A stretch of 63,156 nucleotides of DNA, counting the filler, from Licmophora abbreviata (lineage: Eukaryota): NCBI GenBank assembly GCA_900291995.1. It is 10 parts of 10 records of this genome, joined end to end, with 100 filler letters (N's around TTAATTAATTAA, not from the genome) between each part and the next. Parts side by side here need not be neighbours in the genome. Positions count along the whole stretch, not along the records: positions 7,192 to 21,686 come from OLMU01004883.1; positions 21,787 to 25,044 come from OLMU01004884.1; positions 25,145 to 32,803 come from OLMU01004886.1; 7 more parts are not named here. One strand, given 5' to 3'. Of the stretch, positions 20,960 to 32,624 are shown piece by piece. Each line of letters begins with the position of its first letter. The stretch's first letter is position 1. A program made the translations under genes and the position numbers. The notes under the pieces were generated by a model, which worked only from the letters and a program-made list of their open reading frames with translations, did not search any database and had not been told where the DNA came from.

Positions 20960-22466
20960 TCAACCCGCACTGTAGCTAGAACTACGCAAGGATGCTGAAA
21001 TGTACTCCTTGCAGTAGGGACACGTCCCTAGAATGCTGTCGAAACTAATGCGGGATGACGGGAGGGACTGAAGCCACTCTCGAAGGCAGCTTTCGTGATA
21101 GTGTCGATCGCACGTGTCGCAGACTGTATTGGGGAGCTCGACTTTTTGAATGGTTTGCTGCTCGTCGTCGAGAGGTAACTCGCGTGTGTAGCAAATACTG
21201 CAGTCGGCACCCGTCTCCTCCATAGGTTTCTTGGGGGCAGCGGGCCTTGGAAGGTCAATTTCGAGACAGCGATGCAAGTTCTCCCGGACAGATAGGTCAT
21301 TGGACCAGCCTTGTCGTGGCGATGTCTGCAGAGTCGCTGTCGTCGTATACTCATGGTAGCGCTGACGATACTCCGACGTGTTGGCTCCCATCCATCGCAC
21401 CTTGGTCGGCATCTCTCGAGGATGGATCAAATTCAGAGTAAGCAACACGCTCGTGGACTCCGTCAGAACAATACGACGATGCGAAATGGACCGACACGGC
21501 TTCGATTGGAGAGTCGACGGTTCAAGGATAATCAGGTTGGCGTCCAAATCGTCTAGTTCATCCCACAGCTTTTGATAACAGTCGACTTGTCTGCAAAAGC
21601 TAGAGTACAAACAAGTCAAACCGTACTCGTCGCCATCACCTTCGCCGCTACTATTGATTTCACGCTTTCGTTTCTTTCCGCGCCACNNNNNNNNNNNNNN
21701 NNNNNNNNNNNNNNNNNNNNNNNNNNNNNNTTAATTAATTAANNNNNNNNNNNNNNNNNNNNNNNNNNNNNNNNNNNNNNNNNNNNTCTGGTTCCCAGGT
21801 CTGCGGCAAATGAACAGTGCATGTCGGACAATGAGATGGAAACTTCTCTGATATATTCAGCAACAAGAGGTGACAGCGTCCTGATCCGTCCACGTATTGC
21901 AAGGTGCACTCCGCCAAGTCGTCATGGACACTTTCAATGACACTCGCATCTTCTCCGGCGATATAACGACGATCCAGATCCTGCAGTTGGCTGTACAACT
22001 CTCGAATGGCCGACAACGCGGTGATCGTTGAAGGAGGAGATGGTTTCACTGTTGACACCGCAACTTTCGATTGCGCCATGATTTTGGAAATTTCCCGAAA
22101 GACAGTCTCGCATCGGGCGACAAAGGTTGCCAGTGAAGCAGCAGCAGAGGATGAAGATGATACTGGCCGGGTCGCCGCGTCCTCGAGCTTCCGCTGCAAG
22201 TCTTTTGTGGTATACAGTAATTCGAGAGAAGAGAACTTTATGTCCTTCGACTCATCAAATATTCGGATCTCTCTCCATGTTTCCTCGTCGCTGTCTTGTC
22301 CGCCGGTGGGCGATCGACGGTCCAGAATGGCAAGACTGGTGACGTCTGGAATCATGGCTTCGGCATTGGTCACCGTGATCACCAGAGTTCCAAGCACAGC
22401 AAAATCACAGCTGCACTGAGGCATAGGAAGAAGTGCAGTCAGCAGAACGATTGGGTCTGTCGCCAT
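20960..22466 (-). CDS. FANCL: E3 ubiquitin ligase FANCL (spans gap 21687-21786)
   Basis: WDELDDLD..LIILEP, RRIVL, W..DLSVRENL and RING CSICY...C..C..YHESCLREWL.SL.SSR.SF..I.G.CPYC; frame open up to the gap; an RWD-like N-terminal half starts at ATG 22466. Confidence 0.85.
21687..21786. other. Assembly gap linker
   Basis: N-TTAATTAATTAA-N spacer inside FANCL. Confidence 0.97.
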
Positions 22467-22829
22467 GTTGGCAGCATCACCATCCGGTACTGTGTGCCCA
22501 AAACCGCAAAAAGTTATGATCACGCACGCGAACACAACGATCTGACCAGCTAATAATTTGACTAATTTCTCATCAGTTTCAATCCCAGTTTCTTTCCTTC
22601 TGGCTTTGAGAAGCCCAGCAAGGTTTAATTCAACAATTTATCCCAGTGAATGAGGTGGTAGCAAGTGAAAGATTGCTTTCCGCCATCATGAATCCGCCGC
22701 CCTCATCACGGGTCAAGTCCGGGTTACCGATAGTACGCCGGATACGTTTGGCGCGCTTTTTCTTTCACAATTCGTTATGTGATGACACAAGATGAGTGAT
22801 GATGATGCTTTCAGCAAAAGAGGTCAACG

Positions 22830-23336
22830 ATGAGATTGCTGTTACCACTCCTAGCGTTCGTTCTGTCCCCTTGTCAAGCTGGATTCATCCCTCTCCCACG
22901 CGTATCCCTCCCCAGTCCACCGATCTACGGACTCTACATGACCAATGGGCTCGCCCGGGTCGGGGCATGGATGATGGTTCAGGAGAGTCCACACGCGACA
23001 CTTCAAAACGCCGGAAGGGCTTTGCTTCAGGCGGGTGATGCCTGGACAACAGACTGGTCGCAAGTAACCTTGCATCTGGAAGAATCATCCGTGTGTTTTC
23101 GAGATCTAGCAAAGCAAGTAGACTCAATCGAGACCCAAGACTTGTACAGGAAGATCGCCGACGAGTTGGAGGATGCTTCTCAAATAGAAGGCTGCACGTC
23201 GGTCGGACCTCCCTCGACGGTGCCAAATCTGATCGAGATCCACACTGCATTGCGGAGCTTAGGAGACCAGGGAGGCGTCGATTTTGACGAGGCGGCACGG
23301 TTACTCCACGGATTGATTCAAGATTTCGAGTCTTAG
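22830..23336 (+). CDS. Hypothetical helical protein with signal peptide, possibly plastid-targeted
   Basis: MRLLLPLLAFVLSPCQAG-FIP followed by a Pro/Ser/Arg-rich transit-like stretch; 168 aa. Confidence 0.6.
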   Translation: MRLLLPLLAFVLSPCQAGFIPLPRVSLPSPPIYGLYMTNGLARVGAWMMVQESPHATLQNAGRALLQAGDAWTTDWSQVTLHLEESSVCFRDLAKQVDSIETQDLYRKIADELEDASQIEGCTSVGPPSTVPNLIEIHTALRSLGDQGGVDFDEAARLLHGLIQDFES

Positions 23337-23513
23337 CTTCTTTCGTTCAGGGAAATGATGAAACTACGTACATGATGTCGTATGTCAACAGTTGCAATGA
23401 TTTCTGTCCTTAGTATCAGCTGCTTATCGTGACCTACAATTCCCGTTTCTTTTGGCGTGCTCCACACATATGTGAAGACACGTCCGACACTCTAGATAGC
23501 GACACGTAATTTA

Positions 23514-24922
23514 CTACTGTGACGGCAGACAACCAAACCACATCGTGTGTGAGACTCACGTGTTGGGCACCACCACACAATCCATATAACAACACACACG
23601 AAACGCCTGGACTTACAATACTATAGAACATATGTTCCTTGTCTCGATTGTTGACGCTCTTCTTGTAGGCCTTGTCAAAGTCCTTGGGCAACACGACGTA
23701 ACGGTTCTCGCGCACTGCTTGCAATCCCGCTTCGGAACAAATGGACGCAACGTCCGCCGACGAAATCTTTTCGCTTCGATTGACATAGTCTTCCAGATCA
23801 AGTTCGTCGCTAAGGTTCATTTTGGATGTAGCAGCCTGAAAGACCATGCGCTTCTGACGTCGATCGGGGTTGGGGAACTCAATCTTGCGATCGAGTCGAC
23901 CGGGACGCAGCAATGCAGGGTCCAATGTGTCGGCACGATTGGTAGCCATAATGACCTTGACGTTGGTACTTTGGTCGAACCCCTGTGAGGTGAAAGATGC
24001 AGAGAAGACGGTGTTAGACCAACCGAAACAACCACAACACGTCCCACCTTGCAACGCTAAGCGAAACATATTCGCGACTTACATCCATTTGATTCAACAG
24101 TTCCAGCAAAATTCGCTGAACTTCCCGATCGGCCCCCGTCTGCGCATCGAATCGCTTCGTGGCAATGGCATCAATTTCATCAATAAAGACAATGCAGGGC
24201 GAGTTTTCTCGCGCCAGTCGAAAGACGTCTCGCACCATGCGGGGACCTTCTCCCAAATACTTTTGCACAAATTCACTCCCCACCATGCTAATAAAGGTCG
24301 CCTCGGTGGCATTGGCGACAGCCTTGGCCATCATGGTCTTGCCCGTACCGGGGGGTCCGTATAAGAGTACTCCGCGCGGTGGGTCAATGCCAATCTGCTG
24401 ATACAAGTAGTGCTGAATCAGTGGAAGTTCAATGGCTTCGCGGACTTCTTGTTTCTGCACATCCATTCCCCCAATGTCCTTGTATGTGACATTCGGCTTT
24501 TCCGCCATGAGCTTGACTGTACTATCCGACTCGGGAGGGAGTACATCTACAACCGAATGAGAATGACGGTGCAGTGCAATACTCGTATTGGGCTTGAGGA
24601 GTTCCCGATCCAGCGTCGACAGGATCCGCACATAGTAGTTGCTTCCCGCCGTACTACTGACGATGCCGTAATTGGCGTCGATCATTTCGTTGAACTGTCC
24701 AATGACGAGTGGGACACTCTGAATGCGACGAATCTCTTCCTTGGCGCGCAGCAGTTCGCGAGACAAATACTTCATCTCGTCCTTGAGATACTCTTCTTGG
24801 AGTTCGACAAACTCGAGCTGGCGTTCGAGGGACTTCATTTCGTGGTACATGTCGACATTCATCTCTTCGTCGGTAGCAGTAGCGATGGAGAGACCGTTGG
24901 TCTTGGATGAAGTGTCAAGCTG
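23514..24922 (-). CDS. RPT3: 26S proteasome AAA-ATPase subunit Rpt3 (PSMC4); introns 23983-24082 and 23517-23616; first exon in the gap
   Basis: [92 protein letters not shown]. Confidence 0.95.
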
Positions 24923-25044
24923 CTGAAAAAGAAGACGGAGAAGACATGTGTGCGAGGTGAGCAAAAAGGCATCACGGCGAAGAGCAGACGTGCAGGATGC
25001 GATCGGTGGCCCCGGGGCGCTACTCTGAATCTTTCGTTCGTTCG

Positions 25045-25144
25045 NNNNNNNNNNNNNNNNNNNNNNNNNNNNNNNNNNNNNNNNNNNNTTAATTAATTAA
25101 NNNNNNNNNNNNNNNNNNNNNNNNNNNNNNNNNNNNNNNNNNNN
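25045..25144. other. Assembly gap linker
   Basis: N-TTAATTAATTAA-N spacer. Confidence 0.97.
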
Positions 25145-25489
25145 ATTTTCGGACCCGACGATACTCCCTGGGAGGGCGGAACCTTCAAGCTCGTATTGGA
25201 GTTCACCGAAGACTATCCCAACAAGGCTCCCACTGTACGCTTCATCACCAAGATGTTTCACCCCAACATTTACAACGACGGATCGATTTGCTTGGACATT
25301 TTGCAAAACCAGTGGTCCCCGATTTATGACATTTCTGCCATCCTCACCTCCATCCAGTCCCTCTTGTGCGATCCCAACCCGGCGAGTCCTGCCAACAGTG
25401 AAGCCTCGCGTCTCTACAATGAAAATAGACGGGAATACAATCGGCGCGTCAGAGAAACGGTCGAACAAAGCTGGATTGATGAGTCATGA
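25145..25489 (+). CDS. UBC2: Ubiquitin-conjugating enzyme E2, Rad6/UBC2 type, 5' truncated by gap
   Basis: [16 protein letters not shown]...[25 protein letters not shown]...[12 protein letters not shown]...VEQSW. Confidence 0.93.
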   Translation: MFGPDDTPWEGGTFKLVLEFTEDYPNKAPTVRFITKMFHPNIYNDGSICLDILQNQWSPIYDISAILTSIQSLLCDPNPASPANSEASRLYNENRREYNRRVRETVEQSWIDES

Positions 25490-25793
25490 GTTGGGAAAAA
25501 AGTAAACTGGAAGCTTCATCACTGATGTTGTAGTCTGTTCTTGTGAATAGAAAAGAGGAGGCAAAAGTCGCGCTGTAGTGGATCGATGTGATGGAGAAGG
25601 AGAAAACAAGGATGATGGTCGCGTTGAGTGGAAGGCTTGTTTTATATGGTACGGAGTAGTCAACAAGCGAGCGTGATGAAAATCATGGTAGTTTGGGCTC
25701 TACACGTTAGACGACATACTACAACTACTTCTCTATAGCTTGTGCTGGAACGACATGTCGTCGTGTTCTTCTATTTTATAAACTATGGCCTTG

Positions 25794-26555
25794 TTAGGAT
25801 GACTCGCTTGGTTGTATCTTGGACACAATAAAGTCGATAAACGAGTCGATTCGGTCGTGTTGTCGCTGCTGCGTTTCGACATCGATCGATGCAGTATCGT
25901 CCGTCAGGATGGCTTCGTCCCTTGACAAGAACATGACAATCGATGTCTTCCTCACCCCCAACACTTTCCCCAGCTCATCCGATGCTCTCCCAGGCAGTAG
26001 TAAAAGTGGACAGTCCAGTACATGCTTGCTGGCAAGATACGGCACGTGTGCCAACAGAGTCGGTGATGGGTACATGTCACGAGCCAACAGGATCAACGAC
26101 GGCGACGACGCATTCGCACTCCGGGCGCGTTCCAAGACACGTGTACACTGGTTCGTCCCCATGACGAGGCGAGACCGCAAGACAGAAGAGCAATTTCGGG
26201 TAGCAGTGTTGTCATCGCCAAGTCTTCGTCGCTTCTTGTTGGGTGCGGTGGTGGTGGTGGTAGACGTACTCCGTGATGCCATCAGCTTCCCTTCCGAAGT
26301 GTCCTTCTTATTGGACACGACCTTTCCGTCCCGACGAATGTACTGTTGTGTTCGCCTCTGTCGAGGAACGCTGAGTTCCAGCCGAAAGGGCTCCACAATT
26401 TCCTTTTGGAGTCGCTCCAGAACGATTTCCTTGGTAACGATGGAGGCCACTTGGGTGGCGATCGGACCCTTGGGCGAAAATACGCGCGTCAAAGAATCAT
26501 TGTCCACGATCGACCGAGGATTCTCTTTGCGGTGCTTCTTGGAAAGAGTGGACAT
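25794..26555 (-). CDS. L7Ae-fold RNA-binding protein, RNase P/MRP subunit Rpp38/Pop3-like
   Basis: LVMGTNQCTRVLE...LILLARD..P..LLAHVPYLA...LLLLPG.AS.ELGKVLGVRKTS; likely ATG at 26555. Confidence 0.7.
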   Translation of the reverse strand: MSTLSKKHRKENPRSIVDNDSLTRVFSPKGPIATQVASIVTKEIVLERLQKEIVEPFRLELSVPRQRRTQQYIRRDGKVVSNKKDTSEGKLMASRSTSTTTTTAPNKKRRRLGDDNTATRNCSSVLRSRLVMGTNQCTRVLERARSANASSPSLILLARDMYPSPTLLAHVPYLASKHVLDCPLLLLPGRASDELGKVLGVRKTSIVMFLSRDEAILTDDTASIDVETQQRQHDRIDSFIDFIVSKIQPSESS

Positions 26556-26822
26556 GGGTTTTGTAGTGTCGCAGTGGACAGCATGGAAGGAGCGAGAGCC
26601 GATGCGGTGTGTCGCCGCTGCGTCGTCTCTTTGTTCATCATTGTGACGCCTTATATTTCGCCGCCGCGCGTGTGCGGACGCGGACAGACGAAGGAAAGAG
26701 AGAGCGAGAGAGCGACTTGACTCGACTGACTGACTCTCGATGGCACACAAAAACCGCATGCCCTCGCTGTCATTGTCAATTCATGGATCGTGCTGCTCCA
26801 GTACATGCATTGTTTCATCACC

Positions 26823-27876
26823 ATGAGCTACCTTCGAATCTTCATCGTCTTCATGATGATAGCAATGGAGACATCCATAGTAATTTGTGCCTCGTCCCGC
26901 CAAGGCAGCCCAAACATGGCACCCTCATCAGATGATGCGACAAAGACGACGACTGCCTCCACCAACGCTGATGCTGCCGCTCCGGACCCGCCGCCACCTT
27001 TGGGGGTCGTCACATTGAACGCACGAAATTTTGATAGCTCAACTCGAGATGGAAACGTGTGGTTGGTGGAATTCTATGGTTTGTAGGGCAGTGTGAATCA
27101 TGATCTTGTCGACACCCATGCTATAGCAGAGGTAGACTCATCTCCTCACTTCGTATACGTGTGTCGTTTTGCTTCTTCTTGACTCGTCATCTATGCAGCC
27201 GTCTGGTGCGGTCATTGCCAACAGTTCGCCCCTTCGTATGAGGTGAGATCATAGGGCGCTGACACCTCGCTCATCACAGGGTATGTACCCCTCCACCTCT
27301 CACGGTCGCGAACTCCGTTTTCCCTTCACAGCTTGTCGCTCGACATCTCCATGCAAAGCCACCGGACGGCGACAGCAGAAGGCAAGTCAAGGTAGGCAGG
27401 GTAGAGGGAGATGTGGAGAGGGCCATATCCACAAGATTCGGGATTACGGGCTTTCCTGCCTTTTATCTCATTGACGGCTGGGAGGTATACCAATACGAGG
27501 GCAAGCGTGCCGTTGCGAATCTTGTCGAGTACGCAGAGGGGGGATACCAGGAACAGTCGGTATGTTGCAGTGTTGGTGCGGTTCTTGCGAATGAAATGCG
27601 GTTTATGCAGTCGTAACTTTTTTTCTCATGTTGTTGCTTCGTTTGGAACAGCCGATCCCATTTCTGAGTTCACCGCTGGGACCCATCGGCCTTCTGCAGG
27701 GATACCTTATGCGAGCCGGTGCATCCGCTATGGACGCGTTTGACTGGTTGACGGTCGAAAAAGGACTGAGCCCCGCCGTGGCAGGTGGAGTCTTTTGCGT
27801 CGGAGGCGTGGCTATTTCAATAGTTAGCATGATTGTACTTACGGTGTTGGTGACACCAAAGCTCAAAGACGATTAG
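26823..27876 (+). CDS. Thioredoxin-related ER transmembrane protein (TMX-like); introns 27079-27198, 27243-27331, 27560-27651
   Basis: Signal peptide; spliced WLVEFYAVWCGHC; RFGITGFP; C-terminal TM helix and di-lysine ER-retrieval tail KLKDD. Confidence 0.85.
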
Positions 27877-27906
27877 AGAAAGAAAAATAGGACACCCAAT
27901 TAAGTG

Positions 27907-28590
27907 CTAATCGGAAGTTCCGAAGAAGTGTTCAAAACTGATCCATCCCTTGTCTCTGTACACCTTATCTGGCATGGCCGGTATGCGTAATCCTTCTGCA
28001 CGCTTGGGTGCTGAACCGACAAAGTCGTCATACTCGTCCATACTACGCATCTTCAAGACATTTTTCACAATGTGCCTTGCTTCATCGTAGGGCCGCATCA
28101 ATCCCAGAAACTCATCCCATGATACCCACTCGACCGCATACATTTCATCTGGTCTATTCGGAAGGTATGGGCCGTGATAGGCTTTGCCGTCGGCCACGTA
28201 CTCATCCCATTCGCTTTTGGAGCGCAAACCAAGATCCATCACACTCTTGCGTGCTTTTTCGTAGGGTATGGCACTGCGATAGTTCTTCGTCCATCGCAGA
28301 GATCTATTTCCATAGGCCTGGACTATTGTGTCTTCTTCGTCACATCGATCTCCATCGCGCGAGCAAGATGAATCGCCGTCGTCTGCAACGGAGGGGCAGC
28401 GGGTGTGTCGTCGGCATCGTCGGCAGAATGCGGATTGAAGAGCATGTGAGCCGCTGATGAGAGAACAGGATTCCCTCAGAGAGCTCCTGTTTCTCAAAAG
28501 ACCTTGGTCACGTCCAACCAGCGCACTTGAACTAGCACTTGGCAAGATAAGAGCGACGGCACATGCCAAACGACGACACTCAGACCTCAT
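27907..28590 (-). CDS. Presequence-bearing protein with two phage-integrase-repeat-like units
   Basis: Repeats PYEKAR...LGLRSKSEWDEY...LPNRPDEMY..EWVSWDEFLG and PYDEAR...LKMRSMDEY...IPAMPDKVY...GWISFEHFFG; signal peptide plus Ser/Arg-rich transit-like region from ATG 28590. Confidence 0.7.
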   Translation of the reverse strand: MRSECRRLACAVALILPSASSSALVGRDQGLLRNRSSLRESCSLISGSHALQSAFCRRCRRHTRCPSVADDGDSSCSRDGDRCDEEDTIVQAYGNRSLRWTKNYRSAIPYEKARKSVMDLGLRSKSEWDEYVADGKAYHGPYLPNRPDEMYAVEWVSWDEFLGLMRPYDEARHIVKNVLKMRSMDEYDDFVGSAPKRAEGLRIPAMPDKVYRDKGWISFEHFFGTSD

Positions 28591-29267
28591 GGTCGCAATA
28601 AAGAATGTGAGAGTTCGAAACGTGAATTGGTTGTTGCTTGTGTGTTTGCTTGGCAACGAAACGGGCAGGCCTAGATGTGCAGTGCTCAGAGCTCATCCCA
28701 ATGATGGAAGAGCTCGATGGTGGCGAGGATGACTGGATTAGTTTCAACTTACGTACGTAATGTCGTTCTTTAAGCGACGATTTATGGGATTGCCTTCCCT
28801 CTTCCCAGCTGCTCTCTTAAGCGATGTGATTGGTGGAGGAGCTTGGTTTGATTTAACGCCCACGTACCTCATTCAGAAAGTCTAGGATTGAATACTAAGC
28901 GAAGCTGAGGTAATTTTGTCGCTGTGACATCCTGCTGACAGCTCCAACACAGTTTTGATCGACTTGCCCCACAAAATGAAACACAAGAGCAACCAAGAGC
29001 AACACGCGTCCCCTTTGAACGCATCAAACATCAGTACAAGACAATTTCAAGCACACACAGCATTCCACAGGTATGTCAGGGTTGGGATACTGTATTGGAG
29101 AGTAGCGTGGGGCCCAAAAACATGTTTTTCGATATTTAGAAAGCATTTCATCGATCGCTTGTTCTCGGCCTTGAGCGCCCTGCTTTGCTCTCATGTCAGA
29201 GCATGAATGACACTTTCTCACGTTGCGTCTCTTTTCATAACTGTCCATCATAGGATCTCGAGTCACT

Positions 29268-32177
29268 ATGGATCACACCCAGCAGCAACAGTCGCAGCAA
29301 GTTCAGGGCGGTGGTGTCGCGACCCAGCAAGCTGGGGTAGGGTCTCTCCAACAATCGAATCAAGCCGGCACGATCGCCGCACCCGTCTTGAATGGACAGC
29401 CTGCACAAGCTTTAGCACCGAACATGATGAACTTCATAACCAATCCAGCCCTTGCAGCTGCGTCGGCTCAATTTTCTGCTGCAGGAATGATGAACAACCC
29501 TGCTGCTTTCCTGGCCATGCCCGGAATGGCAGCGGCATTCGGCGCAACTCCGGGATTGCAGAGACAGGCAAATGGAAATGGATCTCAAGCTGTATTCCCC
29601 CCTCAGAATGTTGTTTCCACAACGGCGGTGGCAAACGGCCAGAATGGAACCAACCCTGTCGCGACGGGCCAGATGAACTTTCCCATGTTCATGGGCGGCA
29701 TGACTCCCAATGGCATCACCCCACTACCAGGCGGCATGCCTCTTGCGGCCTTGCCCGTAGCTCAGCCATCCTCCGCAGCACAGGCCAAAGTCGCAGCGGC
29801 CGCGGCAGCAGCTCCATTGAAGGGCAGTCAAGCTGCCTCGCTGTCTTCCGACCAGGGATCGCGGCAGAAGGACGACGTTACTGTCGAACAGAAAGCCAAG
29901 ATGAATCGCGAGCGCAACCGCGAGCATGCTCGGTCGACGCGTTTGCGCAAGAAGGCCTACGTGCAAAAGTTGAAGGAGCTTGTCGAGGGCCTACATGCAG
30001 AGCGGAGTGAAGAAATGCGCAAGCGCCGAGTGGCCGTCCAACACCTTAGCGACGTACAAAACGTTCGCCGGTCAGTGGTTCGCAGCTTCCTCCGGAATCA
30101 TGCAAGCTACGAGAGTGACCAGTCTAAGTGGACAACTCTGTTGGAAGATAACTTCTGGTTCAAGCAGCCGGTGACACCATACAGGTCGTTTCGGAGAGTG
30201 GAGATCGAAAAGGTATGTATATTCTTTCCACTTTCCTTTTTTTGCCTTGTTGCCTACTTGTACAACGACACTGAACGCTTTCACCCATCTCTCTCCTTCT
30301 TCAAAAGGACTGTCGCGTCTCCTGTGGTGTCGATGCTGTGATCGCAGACTCCGCCAGTCTGGCTACCATGGTCGAGGGCACTGGTTCACGCAGCGCCCGT
30401 TGGATGCAAATCAAGCGACAGGAAGCTATTCAGCGGGCGGGGGCCCGAGGCGGCTCATCACAACCGCCGCATCGCATAGTTCAGGACAGCTCACGTCTGC
30501 AGCATGCCGTGTCGAGTCTCTCGTCAAGCTCCGGATCCTCGCATGGATCGGGCAACGAACAGGAACGCAAGCGTCGCTTCGGCCAAATGTCACAGCTTTC
30601 GGCCAAACCCATGGCGTCTTCACAGGGAAATGACTCCAGCAGCAATGAAAATGGAGCAAAGAAAGTAAGCGCATCCAGTAGCAGCGGAAGTGACGAAAGC
30701 AAGGCGAAGAGCTCCGACTACTTCCATGAATACAACGCACCGGACCTCCCAGATCCCAAGATGGAGGACAACGAAGGCCATCCCTCTGACGACTCTCGCG
30801 GTGATGGCTCAGGGGCGGACTCTAACACCAAAGACGGCGACCCGACCAAGCAGGTCAGCACAGAGTCCTCCTCTGAAGGCGACGACGACCGATCTGATTC
30901 CGCTATCAAACACGGCTCGCCCAAACGTCAAAAGATGCTTGTTGCGACACGCAGACTACCGGCGAACATCGCCAGATCAGGTGGCATTGCTCACAATGTC
31001 CAACCAGTGGTGGCAGCCAGTATCGCGAATGGGGACTCTCGACTGAAAATGGCACCGGCAATCGCGCTGCCGCCCTTTTCTGGGATCGGAAAGCGTCCGA
31101 CGCTTCCCACCGCCACAACAACCGTCGCTTCGATGAAGACGTCGGCGCCGACTGGCCACCTAAGCAACACCGCCGCCAGCGCAGCTAACGTGACACAAGG
31201 CGTCGCCTCCGCGGCAGTGAGCGTAAGCGTGACTGGACAGTCAGCTGCCTCGACCCAAGCCGCTGCTGGTGGGCGCAGGGGAGGCGGCGTGAAGGCCATG
31301 ACGGGCGTCGTTGGACAGCCGGTTGCTATTCCTGATACCGAAAATCTTTCGGTCAGCTCTGCCAATCAGAATCAGTTCTCCGACATTCGTGCCTACTACC
31401 ATGTCAACGAAGACGACATGATATTGACCGACGACGTCCTGATGTGCCCATTCATCTTCCGATCTCAAGACGCCGTCTTATGTGGGGCTTTGGCTGAATG
31501 CATTATGCCCGGCATGCTGCGAGCGCACTTCTCCTCGCTCAACAAGCTTCTGAGTCTTGAGATGGTTTACGACGCGATGGGCTTCATGCAGCAGCTTGAG
31601 AGGGCAAGCGGTAGCGACGGATCAGCTCAGATAGTACCAGGAAGTCTCGAAATGGCCCTTGCTCCGAATTCTGCCGAGGCCCGCGTCATTACGCTAGCCA
31701 AGGAACCGTTCCTTATCGTCAGTGTGAACGAGATGTGGACAAAGGTGACAAAGTACACGCAGATGGAGGTCGAAGGGAAGGACCTGAGTATACTAAATGG
31801 GAAACGGACAACTGTCGAGGCCGCATTGCGTCCTGGAAAGCCGGCGCACACGTTCGAAGAAGTATCGCGAGGACGAGCAGCTTGCTCCACAAATATTCAT
31901 TACGACAAGGATGGTCTAGAGTTTGTGAATTTCATGTGCTCGTACCCACTGACAAAGTAAGTGCTAAAAAGGCGGCCAGATGTGATAGGCTCGCTCACAT
32001 CGTCTTTCTAACGTGACTTGCTTCCTTGCCCTCTTTTCCTTCAGCGCCAACGATGAGATCACTCACATCCTTCACGTATGCAAAGACCTTCCGGTACCAG
32101 CTAGCCCTTCGTACGGTGACTACCAGGAATCAAGGGAGGCAACGAGCTCCAACAGCTCTGACGAACCAAATCAGTAG
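29268..32177 (+). CDS. bZIP-PAS transcription factor; introns 30213-30307 and 31957-32044 (possible 5'UTR intron 29071-29253)
   Basis: Q/M/A-rich N-terminus; bZIP NRERNREHARSTRLRKKAYVQKLKELV; C-terminal PAS RVIT..KEPFLIVSVNEMWTKVTKYTQMEVEGKDLSILNG...NIHYDKDG.EFVN...PLT|NANDEITHILHV; stop at 32175-32177. Confidence 0.88.
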
Positions 32178-32624
32178 TATAGTGTACGCAATGCCAAGCC
32201 GTGTCGGTCCGCGATGCAATTGACGCGTGGCAGATCTTCGCAGCTCCAGAAAGTAGAAGAACGAGGCAATCGAATCTTGCCTCAAGGGATGTAACTTGAT
32301 TAGCACTATCCTTTTAACAACTGTCATCGTATTTTTTCATCCGGGGTACTTGTACGATAGATAGACTTCTTGCTGTGCGTGCAGTATGATGAGGTTTCAT
32401 CAGGCGCGGCAAAACACGTTCAAACGTGGTGACGCGGAATGGGAACACTAATTGTCATTTGCTGCGTAGAATGCTACGCAAAAGCAGTACCAGTCGGTGA
32501 GAAGTCCGAGTCAAGTTTTCATCCACAACAGAATTGAAGCGGCAACATGCTTGCCTTGATGAAAGCGTCGCTCGAAATGGGCAAGGCGTCCAGAGCAACT
32601 TCCGCCTGTCTATCCGTATCTCCC

